Source: Microthyrium microscopicum (Eukaryota). From it: DNA of 64,000 nt. Shown here piece after piece: positions 39,526-51,232 of this stretch (position 1 is its first letter; each line of letters opens with the position of its first letter). The notes under the pieces are model-generated. The model was not told the origin of the DNA, did not search any database, and saw nothing but the letters and a program-made list of their open reading frames with translations. Location of the stretch: assembly GCA_010405405.1 (NCBI GenBank), contig MU004246.1:1-64000 (forward strand), written 5' to 3'. The translations under genes were made by a program, and so were the position numbers.

Positions 39526-41684
39526 TTTGCTAGATAAATATACCTTTAGTAGTCCTCTCTTAACTACCTCTTTATTAATTAGTTAACTCTTAATTAAATA
39601 TAGCTTTACCTCTAGTTCTAAATAGCTTCTAACCCTTATCTTCCTATATTCTATAGAGTTATATACTAATAGTTAGCTCCTAATTCTAGCTAATAATATA
39701 TTACTCTCTATTATATTAATAGCCTACTAATAACTAGAATTATACTATAAGTAATAGATTACCTAGAAGATATTATCCTATCTTATTTTATCTATAGAGC
39801 TTAAACTAGTTATCTTAAGAAATATACGTAACTAGTTATTAAGCGCCTATTTAATTTACTAATAATCTCTTTTCTAAACCTAACTATAGTAGATAGTATA
39901 ATTATTATTAATAGAACTAGTTAAATAAATTATAATCCTATATTTAATCCTTATATACTTATTAGTAGTTACTTACTATAGTAGAAAGTATTTATTATTA
40001 ATACAAAATATACGTAAAAGAGTATAATTATAGGTTATATCTAGCTAATTTAATTTTATATAGATTTTTAAGAGCTAAGAATACTTATAAATAATTTCAT
40101 ATCTACCTTACTTACTTCTTATATTTAATACTATTAAATCTACGTTCCTATTAATTAAGTTAGTAAAGAATTAATAATAGAGAAATTAATAAACGTTAAT
40201 AAATTTAGAGCTAAGATTAGTTCTAAAAAGAGCTAAGGAAGGATACCTTAGAAAACCTAGAAAGAGAGAGAAAAAGAGTCTTAAGTAGAATTATCTCATA
40301 AAGCTAATTTTAAAAGATATTCTATATAAATTATAAATCTAGTCTAAAACGTAAAGCATCTAAAGTTAGTAAACTAAAGGAAATCTATTATATAATTATA
40401 GGTACTTAGTAATTAATAAAAGAGCTAAAGAACTATATAAGTTTAAACTAATAATTAGTCTAGAAATTCACCTTAGTATAAAACATTCATACTAGGATTT
40501 AATAACTTTTATATTTACTAGCGTTAAGATTAATATTTTGCTATTCTTATCTTTTCTCTTTTACTAAGAATATAAATAATATAAAATACTAATATTTTTA
40601 CTTACCCCTTTAAAAACCTTAATATAAGCCTATAATTCTTAGTAATAGTTTATATAAAGCAACGTAAAATATAAAGAAGCTCTTCTTAGTATAATATATA
40701 AAGTACTACTATCTACTAGTTCTTATAATTACTACTTTATATATTTATATTCTTATTCTAAGTTTTATAATTATAACGTTTAGTTACTAAGGAATATATA
40801 ATATTTAAATACTTAATATATTATATACGCTTAGATAGACTTATAAATATAAAAAGTATTTACTAGCTTAAAATATTTAATTATATTCTAACGTCTAAAT
40901 TAAATAAAAAGCCTTTCTTAATTCTTTCTATCTATAAATATAAGTCCTTAGTATAAGTATAATACTAAAGTATAAACTACCTAACTATTATACGTCTATA
41001 AAAGAATTATACTTTAAACTAAAACCTTAAAACTAATATTAACTTAATAAAGACTAATAAATCTATTATAAGTATAATACTAATTAAAGTATAGACTTTT
41101 AACTTTTTATATTAGTATAATAATAAGTCTATATAAAGCTTTTTAGTATATTACTTTACTTACGTTTTACTTTTAGATTAATATATTCTATATTACTACT
41201 AAACTAATATTATAGGCAGTTTCTAAATACTTAAATAGCCTTAAAAAGATAATAAGTAAGACTAAACTAATCCTAGTTATTACTTTATAAGTATCTAAAG
41301 AAATTAAGCTAAAAGTAGCTACTAATTTTAAATTATATTAAAATATATTCTAAAACTAGTATTTATAACTATATAGCTATAAATATAGAATTATAGCTAC
41401 TAAATTTACTAGAAATACTAACTTTAGTACTTACGTTATAGTTCTTCTATCTTAAACTTATATTATAAATAAGTAAGAACTAGTAATTTCTATAGCTTTC
41501 CTTTCTAATAACTAAGGCTACTAATATTAGTACTATTACTAATCCTTTTTATCTATAACGTTTATTATAGAGTACTAGCAATTAATAAATTCCTACTACT
41601 TTTATCTATAGTAATTATTTACTAGGTATTTAGAAACTAAATAATAAAAAGAAAAAAATAAACTAATATTTAATTCTTTAGAAA

Positions 41685-41903
41685 ATATACTACCCTTATA
41701 TTTTATACTTAGAAACTAAGTAAAAATAAACCCTTATAAAATCTCTAGATATATTGCCCCTATATTTTATACTTAGAAACTAAGTAAAAATAAATCCTTA
41801 TAAAATTTCTAGATATACTATCCCTATATTTTATACTTAGAAACTAAGTAAAAATAAATTCTTATAAAATTTCTAGATATACTACCTTTATATTTTATAC
41901 TTA
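41685..41903. repeat. 64-bp tandem repeat, ~3.4 copies
   Basis: TTTTATACTTA recurs at 41701, 41765, 41829 and 41893. Confidence 0.9.
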
Positions 41904-42649
41904 AGTAGACTTAATATAAATAGAAAGTACTAAAATATAATTTTATTTTATCTTTTAAGATAAATAAAACATAGCTAATATAGAGTATTTATAATACTTA
42001 TAAGTAGAACTAAACTACTTTTTTTTATAGTAAAAGTAAACTATTTTTTCCTTAAGTAGTTTTACTACTTACTTAAATAGATTTAACTATTAAAAACTAA
42101 TATATTACCTAATAATCTTATAAAGAAAGTAGAATAAAACATAGTTCTAATATTAATACTAAGCTAACTAATAAAAGTTAACTAATAAGAAAATAACTTT
42201 TAAGAAAAAGTATTTCTTATAAAAATATAAATATTTATTTCTAAGCTACCCTAAAAGAATAAACTATAAAATATATTATACTCTTTACTAAAGACCCTAA
42301 AAGGGTTTTAGAGATAATCTAGTAGCTAATATTATTAAGCTAGCTAGATAGTAGATTCTTATCTACTTTTTATATAAAGCTTTATAATTATACTAACTAT
42401 AAGCTATATATAAAATCTAACTTAATAATAAACTATCCTAAACTTAAGTCTAGTTTATAGTAACTAGTCTAGCTAACGCTAAATTTAGTAGAAATATATC
42501 TAATTTCTAAAAAATTAAGACTTAGTAAATATATCTCTAAACTATAGCTAAGAATAGAATTTACTTAAGAATTAACTAGAATTACTATAAGAATTAGTAG
42601 GTATAATTACTAATCTTATAGAATCCTAGCTAAATTCTTATCTTTTTTA

Positions 42650-44070
42650 TAAAGTAGCTAAAAATACAATCTTCTAAAGCCCTTATAGCTTAGAGATTAG
42701 CTATAGTAAAATACTAAAATATGCTCCTACTATTATACATTCTACTATAAACTAGCTTAGGACTTAAGAGCCTTAAGTCTATAAAGCTAGACTAATCTAG
42801 GACTAGCTTTAAATCTAGCCCTTTATATCTAAAGGGCTAGATTATCCTATAGTAGCTACTTAAGCTATTTAAATCTATAGTATTTAATACGTAATATTAA
42901 GATCTAGGAATTACTAGATCTTAATATTGTAATTACGTATCGTTATATGCCCTATTATATATTAGATTACGTTATCTAACCCTTTATATTTTTAAAGAGC
43001 TAGATTATCTTATAGTAGCTAAAAATAACGCATTTTTAAATAATAGCTATTTTAGCTACTAATAGCTAATATTAGCTACTAGTAACTAATATTATAGCTA
43101 GTATTAGCCTAAAATCCCCTTTTTAAAAAAGCTAAAAATACGATCCCCTAAAGCCCTTATAGCTTAGGGATTAGCTATAGCGAAATACTAAAATATACCC
43201 CTACTACTATACATTCTACTATAAAGTAACTTAGGACTTAAGAGCCTTAAGTCTATAGAGCTAGACTAATCTAGGACTAGCTTTAAATCTAGCCCTTTAC
43301 ATCTAAAGGGCTAGATTATTCCATAGCAGCTACTTAAGCTATTTAAATCTATAGTATTTAATACGTAATATTAAGATCTAGGAATTACTAGATCTTAATA
43401 TTTAGATCACGTGCCGTTATATGTCCTATTATGTAAGATTACGTACTAGATTACGTAATCTAGCCCTTTATATCTAAAGAGCTAGATTATCCTATAGTAG
43501 CTACTTAAGCTATTTAAATCCATAGTATTTAATATATAGTATTAAGATCTAGGAATTACTAGATCTTAATATTTAGATTATATGTCGTCACGTGCCCTGT
43601 TACGTAATATTACGTGCTAGATTATATAATCTAGCCCTTTAGATTTAAAGGGCTAGATTATTCTATAGTAGCTACTTAAGCTATTTAAATCTATAGTATT
43701 CAATACGCAACATTAAGATCTAGGAATTACTAGATCTTAATATTATAATCATGTGCCGTCACGTGCCCTGTCACGTGCTAGATCACGTTATCTAACCCTT
43801 TATATTTTTAAAGAGCTAGATTATCTTACAGTAGCTAAAAATAACGCATTTTTAGATAGTAGCTATTTTAGCTACTAATAGCTAATATTAGCTATTAGTA
43901 GCTAATATTATAACTAATTTTAGTAGGCGCCCCTAATCCTCTTTATTAAAAAGCTAAAAATACTATTTTTTGAAGCCCTTATAGCTTAGGGATTAGCTAT
44001 AGCAAAGTACTAAAATGTGCCCCTACTACTATATATTCTACCATAAACTAGCTTAGGAGTTAAGCTATTA
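42650..44070. repeat. Hierarchical subterminal array of palindromic units (~171-bp subunits within ~474-bp units)
   Basis: Hairpin A ATCTAGCCCTTTA-N4-TAAAGGGCTAGAT at 42813, 42974, 43287, 43458, 43629, 43790; hairpin B AATATTAAGATCTAG-GAATTA-CTAGATCTTAATATT at 42893, 43367, 43538, 43709; unit head GCTAAAAATAC at 42657, 43131, 43953. Confidence 0.9.
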
Positions 44071-46346
44071 TCTCTATATACCTTACTACTATACTATTAT
44101 TCCTTTTAATTATACTCTATAGCTATTATTCCTATATTCTACTATAGTAACTATTTATCCCTTTTAATTACGCCTAATCGTTATCCTTTTTAATTATACT
44201 ATACTATTATCCCTTTTAATTACGCTCTATAGCTATCCCTTTTAATTATACTCTATAACTATTCCTTTAGTAGAGTACGCTATAGGCATCTTTATAGGTA
44301 CCTTTATAGGGGCCCCTATAGTATGCCCTACTAAAGGGCCTATAGGTACCCCTATAGCGTGCTCTACTAAAAGGCCTTAAAATAAGCCCCTATAGGGGCA
44401 TGCTATAGCTACTAATAGGGGGTACAAAAGGGACAAATAATCACTAATAGGGGCAGCGCCTGCTAAATTTAGTAGGACCATGACCTAAATAGGCACGCTA
44501 GCATAATGCGTTTCAACAGAAGTTTTCGGTATAAGCTAAGTCAAGGAATACGATACATCACTACATACAATCTGCATGTCTTCAAAGACTGCCGATCATA
44601 TTGGACTTGTTTGAGACTCGAACATTCAAAATTCATTGTCAAACATGGAGATGCTTTAGCAAGGCTGACATTTGACAACTTTATTGGGGTTAATTGCCGC
44701 TCCCAAGAACCGAGCCCCTGGGACAACGGTGTACAGATTCGGGATTCACTGTGACAAGATAGCTGGCCTCTTGGCCTAGAGTACTTTATCAATAGCGATG
44801 ACTAAGGGCGAAGACAAATTTAGCTATGGTGTTGAGAATGGATAACTTTCCATCCTAATCCTCGCATTTTAAGAATTAACATTTCACTTATTGTACCAAG
44901 GATCACCATGTATTCTAAACTTGTAGATGAGTTGATATTATGATTGAGCAACCATGCTGATCATCCAGTCATCAATTGGGCTGAGTGTAGTTTGTCTTAA
45001 TGGCAGCCTGAACTATTCCAGCTTGACAGGGAAAGGTTATGACGAAGTTGAGGATGACAAGTGGAGCATGCATATAAGCCGGATGATATGAAGAGTCAAA
45101 GACGCATGTCTGACTGGAAAGATATGATACTATTAACCTTCTCAATCTGCAGACATATCAAAGTTGCTGCAAGACAAGGCAATGAATCAGTAGTTGGGTT
45201 GTTCAAGGGAAGCGGACCTTGCAATCGATCATTGGCATCAAGACGGAATCGCCGTTAACTCCTCGGGAAGCCGGGGTATTTCAGACTACTGACATGTTGC
45301 TGCAGACGCGGAGTACCTGGTTATAGACGTGAATCAATGTTGAGGTAACACCGTAGGGAACGCCGATATTGATAAAAAGTTGACAATTGATGTACCGACA
45401 AGGCAGAGAAGTGACCGATGCATCGTAAGAGTAATCTTGGCATACATACAGGCTGTTCTCAATGAAGTGATGAGAAGACGCCGAGATCTAGGCTTGCATT
45501 AATACTTGAGGCTAGGTAAAATGGGTACATGTTATGCTTGTTGGCAATTGGCAAGATCGCAGGCAACTGGTTCAAGGGATGCATATGGACCAATTCAAGG
45601 TAAGCGTAAAGCAGAAAAGAAGATGAGAAGTATGTTAGGTGTGGCCAGTCTTGTACCTTTATTGTACAGAATAATATTCTATCAATTTCAAAGCTCGGAG
45701 TAGTAAGCACCCGTCCCTCAGCCGCCCCGAGTCCCGACCACCTGGGAGTTTGATCTTTGTCAGAGATAACTTGTGGATTATCTATGATCCAACAGCTGCG
45801 AGCCTGGCGAGCCTGGATAGTTGGGAACGATCTTGATTGAGATTATACCGGATTTGAGATTATACCGGATTTGATGATTGTAGGCTGATCTTGATCTGTA
45901 TTTCTATACTCTGCAACTGGATTGTAGAGCGGGCATTGGGCAAGAGCAATTGGCTGTGACTGCCCAGACCAGCCTACAAGCCCATCACAGTACGGTAGCG
46001 ATCGCTCCTGCCAACATCTCCATCCAGACCCATCACGCATCTCCTCAAACCCCAACCTCACTCTCTCCACATCGCCTCCAAAACACCATCAACATCTAAT
46101 TATCCCCAGTCGACATTCGACATTCTCCTACCTCGCGCGCATCCGTTCCTTCCATGCCGCCGACGCAACTCATGCTCCCATGAGGCCGATGCGCTGCTAT
46201 TGCTCTACAGCCTACCTCTAAGAGCCTTCCTGCCCCCACCGACCACGTCGTTTGCTTGACCGTCTCACCATCAACTGTCTCTCCCGCCATTACCACGACC
46301 GCCGTCTCAAACATCTCCTCGAGTGCTTCTTCACTCTCTTCAAACC

Positions 46347-49300
46347 ATGGCGCACTACCAGAACGGTGGATATCCTCATTACCCTAATACCAATGCTCCG
46401 CTCCCGCCGCTACCTCCCCAGCCGAACCAGCAAAGACAAGATGGTTACGACCCGAATACGCCGCCACCTCTTTCATACCCCAACGGAGTCCAATATTCTG
46501 ACGCAAACTATGGAGCGCCTGGCAGACATGGTAGTTTAGCTTCGCGACAGGAGTCGGAATTATTCATGGGTGGTAGTGCACCTCCTCCTCCACCGCAAAG
46601 ATATGGCAGCACAGCTGGATCATCATACAATCCTGCTGCTTATGCTACTCAACCATCTCCAACTTCTTATCAACCCACAGGTTCTCCTCAAATAGACCGT
46701 CGGCCGAGCGCACCTGGTCATCAACCGTATAATCCAGCCGCTTATGCGCCCACCAATTCACCAGGCTATGGTTATTCTCCTGTATACCCAACTGGCCAAT
46801 CGCCGCTACACATGCCCTCTCCACCTTTGCATCAATCTCCCTCCACATCACGACCACTTTCGATGCATAGTGCAAGACCTACTGTTTCGACTGGATATTC
46901 TTCTCAATACGGCCCAACAGGAGCCCCACCACTGCCTGCCATACCAAGCGCTGGTGATTCTCCAAGTGCTGATTGGGGTAGGATTCCAGGGAATTTAGGC
47001 CGATATGGTACTCGAAGATATCCTCAGTCTTCCAATCAAGCTCCACTCCCTTCTCCTGGTCAAAATCATTCTAGAAACAATTCATCGGGCCTTGCGCAGT
47101 CTTTTTCGCCCACCTCTTCCGAACTGTCTCCTGGTATCCCACCGCCACCTCCTCCACATCGAGCCGGCTCAATCGCACGATCAGATTCACAGCGACCTTT
47201 ACCTCCGCCACCACCCGGCGAAGCGCTAGAGAGTCCTGGATATTTCTCGCCTAATAGTGGTGGAGGATATGATTCCAGTAGGCAGCAGGAATTAGAAAAT
47301 CAGATATCGTCACTCGTTGGCGTCGGTAGCAGTGGGGAGAGTGATGACGAGCTTGCTCTTGCAGGACTGCAGGCAATGGAAGAGGCTGATAAGCAAGAGC
47401 AAGAAGAAGCAGCAAGAAGAGCAAGCGGCCAAAGTACATTATTCGCCAACGTGGGCGTCGGGAGAAATAGCTCCGTACAAACAACAAACACATATGTTGA
47501 TAGCGACAGCGAAGGACCACAAGTAGATCTCTCGATGTATGGAGGCGGCTGGGGCGTACCACCAGGGGGCATGTCTTACGGCGGCGACCCCAATGCACTC
47601 GCTATCGATCGGAACAACTCCTTGCATGAGCGGCACAACAGCCAGACTGTCTCGTCTTCCGGATCATTTCGACATGCTGCGGAGTCCGAAGATAAACCTC
47701 ACTCCTACGCCCAGGTTGACGCTTTTGGCACTGGAGGTTTAACGGACCCCAGCGCGCCTCGGAGAATGAGTTTCGACGAAGGAGATGAGCTTGATCTAAT
47801 TGCCGATGCGCCAGAGCAGTTTCCAGAGATGTTTTATCACCCAGGAATCACGAACCGGCCGTTACCATCGCTGCCTCAAGGCAGTCAGTCCTCACCATAC
47901 ATTCCCTATCCGACTGATGCTAGGTACGACCAAATACCGTACCCAGGGACCTCGCCATATCCTATCAATCAAGCGCATCTTCTACAATCTCCTGGGCCTG
48001 GTCGCCACTTGTCGTTGGTCAACCACTCGTCGAGTCCACAAGCCATCACTCCTATCCGCGCAAAAACTGACGCCGAAGAACGGCGGAAAGCTGCCATGCG
48101 GCATTCTTCATATATCGATAGTACTGGTAACACAACCGCAGGCGCAAGTCAAGTCACCATCGATCTACCGGAGCTTACCAAACGGTATAACCCCGACAAG
48201 TTGACAGCAAGGGATTTTGATCGATGCTACGAACCGTGGGCACTTAGTTCACTTGCAGGATGGCTCAGACAAATAGCTGGAGACGAACAGGATTTGACCA
48301 GTAAATCACTATCCAAAGGCCTGCTCAACCTCATCGCCTATAAAGCTCCAACGCTGGAAATTGCCGATGGAGAAGCTTTGGCCTCCGGAATCATTGATAA
48401 GCTGCTGGAAGAGGGCACTCTGGTTCAGGAAGAAGAATGGTTACTATTCAAGGACGTTCCTGCATCCGGTGTCATCTATCAGCTCACAGGACGAGGATGT
48501 TATTCTTCGAAACTACACGACTACAATAGCCCTTATCGCTGTTACTCAGATCACTGCCAGCGTACAGAGCAGAAATATGATCTCCTCGATGGCGATGTCG
48601 TAGTGGAGGAGGACTGGACCAAGTTTTACAAATTCACCGTTAAGGACGTTGAAAAGTTTGACAGAAAAGAAGTCGCCCGCCAGAACGTTCTTCACGAATT
48701 GGTTACCAAGGAGGATAATTATGTTCGCGAACTCGGTGTAATAATCAGTGTGTTCCGGGATCCACTAGCTCGACAGAATCCGCCTATAATAGCACCCAAG
48801 AAATTGCCTGGATTTATAAAAGACGTCTTTAGTAAGGTCGAGGCAGTCAAAAAGGCCGATGAAGAATATTTGCTTCCACAGCTAAAGTACCGCCAGCAAA
48901 AGCAAGGGCCCTGGATTCAAGGCTTTAGTGACATCCTTCGCAACTGGATACGCAAAGCTCGCACGTCCTATGTTGACTATGCATCCGCGTATTCCCTGGC
49001 TGTTCATCGGATTCGGCACGAGTTGTCCAAGAACATGCTATTCGGGAAGTTTATCGAGGAAACGATACTCAACAAGCAGACTAAGAGATTGCCATGGACT
49101 CATTTCATCAAACTTCCTTTAAGCAGATTGCAACAAGTCATTCTCCTCCTGGAAACGGCTTTGAAGGCATCTATTAAGGATAATGACGAGAAGCGAAACC
49201 TACAGGCGGCCATTGAGGAAATCAAGGAAGTCACTCGCGAATGCGATGCGCGTGTAGGCGAAGAAAGCAAGAAGGTGGAACTGAGAGTCTTATCAACCAG

Positions 49301-51232
49301 ACTCAAGTTGCGACCTGAGATGCAACAAATTGATCTTCACTTGGATCATCTGGGTCGAGAACTGGTTTTTCAAGGAGACCTTTTACGTACCACTGGCACA
49401 GGTATTGGAGGTTTGACCAAATTCACCAACTCGCATGCAATTCTCTTTGATCATTATCTTGTTTTGGCCAAGATGTCTACTCAAAAGACACCAGAAGGAG
49501 TGATACGATCGGATCAATATGATGTATCTCGAGCTGTAAGTTGTTGTCTTACTATTACGCGTGTTATATACTGACTACTTCCAGCCTATACCGATGGATC
49601 TACTAGTCCTGGAGAGCGATAATGATGATCCAGTCATAAGAGGAGCGTATGGTGTCGCAAGAGTTGACCGTCTACAGAAGACTACTAGCAATCAACCCGG
49701 TGCCTTGCAGCATAGTCGCACCAGCACGTCTCTCAACTCCATGGGCTCTAGTCAATCAGCTCCACCACTAATCAACACAAACGCCATTGATGGGGCCAAG
49801 GACGAGAAAATTCTGTACCCTTTCAAAGTAAGACATCTTGGTAAAGATACATATACTCTATACGCGAATTCATCACAGGGTCGAGATGAGTGGTGTACAA
49901 AAATCATTGAGGCCAAGACGAAGCACGCGCGAGCACTTTTCGTTCAAAATGCAGAGCCTTTCAAGATGAAGGTCATAGCCGATACCGCATTTGCTTATGA
50001 GGCAGTGCCGACCGGACAAACCAGCATCATCATTAAAGGCACACCACTCGATCGAGCTATTCGGGAAGTGGAGGCATTATACGTAAATTCTGGGCGACCC
50101 AGCCCAATTTGCCGAGCCAAGGTTCATGCTGCTACCTCATTTCGAGATCCCAGCGGGAGAGCCATGGTTGCCATTGGCACTGATTATGGTGTATATGTCT
50201 CGGAAGAGAACAACCCAAGAGCTTGGCATAAGGTTTGTTCTATGACATTTTTGTCTCATCACAAGGCTAACCCTTGATAGGTTATCGCTAACAACAAGGT
50301 GACTCAAGTTACAGTACTGGAGGATTTCTCCATCTTCCTTATCCTAGCCGAGAAATCCGTCATTGCCTATCACCTTGACGTTGTCTGCCCACCAAACGGC
50401 GTTGGAACCGCCAACGATTCCTCTCGACGGGCACCCCAAAAGCTCTCTGGTAGCCGTGACGTAGGATTCATGGCCGTTGGTAAGATGAAGGATAGAACAC
50501 TTGTCTTTTACAAGAAGAAGGATGTGTCATCCTCCACTTTCAAGGTAATAACTGTATGTACCCCACGCCACGGATATGTAACTGACGGCGTTTGCTAATA
50601 AGGTTCTCGAGCCCGTCATCCAACGCTCCACCGAGAAGAAGTCGCGCTTCGCACCTCTTCGATCCGGCAAAACCGAATTCTTCCGCGACTATGACGACTT
50701 TTACATCCCGACTGCTTGTACGGGCATGAACATCTTCCACTCTTCCATCTCTATCCACACGACGAAGACGTTTGAGGTTCTAAACCTCGATCGTAAACTC
50801 CCTGTTACCGTCCCCGTCGACATCGAACAGCCACATACAAAACAAATCGCCGACCGCATTAGTGGCCAGGAACCGCGCGGCATGTTCCGTCTCTCCGAAC
50901 AAGAATTCCTCCTCTGCTATCAGACGTGTGCTGTATATATCAACAAACACGGCGATATCTCTCGCTCTGCCATTCTCGAATTTGTCGGCACCGCACACTC
51001 TGCTGCTCTGTACGGCCCCTACGTTCTACTCTTCGATAGCGACTTTGTCGAGATTAGAAATGCGGAGAATGGCCGTTTAAGGCAAGTCATTGCTGGCCGC
51101 GATGTCAAGTGTCTGGATGATGGCAGTGCAGGCGGTGCGAAGAGGACAGTTAAGATGAGTATGCAGCATCCTGAGATTGAAAAGAATCAGATTGTCGTCG
51201 AGTTGGTTCTTAATGAGGGCCTACGGGAGTAG
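46347..51232 (+). CDS. Rho guanine-nucleotide exchange factor, DH-PH-CNH architecture (Rom2/Tus1/Rgf3 family); exons 46347-49535, 49585-50232, 50281-50544, 50603-51232
   Basis: Pro-rich N-terminus; DH domain RQNVLHELVTKEDNYVREL..PLSRLQQVILLLE; PH domain LFDHYLVLAK..PIPMDLL; CNH domain VTQVTVLEDFSIFLILA..EFLLCY..FVEIRN. Three GT-AG introns keep the frame. Confidence 0.92.

Larger units (their letters stand above)
36509..44529 (+). mobile_element. ~8.0-kb RIP-inactivated pogo/Tc1-mariner-superfamily DNA transposon with 43-bp TIRs and TA target duplication
   Basis: Left TIR 36509-36551 CCGAAAACTTCTGTTAAAACGCATTATGCTAGCGTGCCTATTT; right TIR 44487-44529 is its reverse complement with one transition; TA at 36507-8 and 44530-1; DDE_1 remnant inside. 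Confidence 0.9.

Noticed and set aside
42650..44070. Palindromic repeats with intervening sequence resembling a CRISPR array
   Set aside because: The intervening segments are themselves repeated rather than unique spacers, there are no cas genes, and the context is a fungal transposon.
45798..45874. Short tandem duplications (GCGAGCCTG x2; GATTATACCGGATTTGA x2)
   Set aside because: Two-copy slippage-type duplications in intergenic DNA with no further structure.
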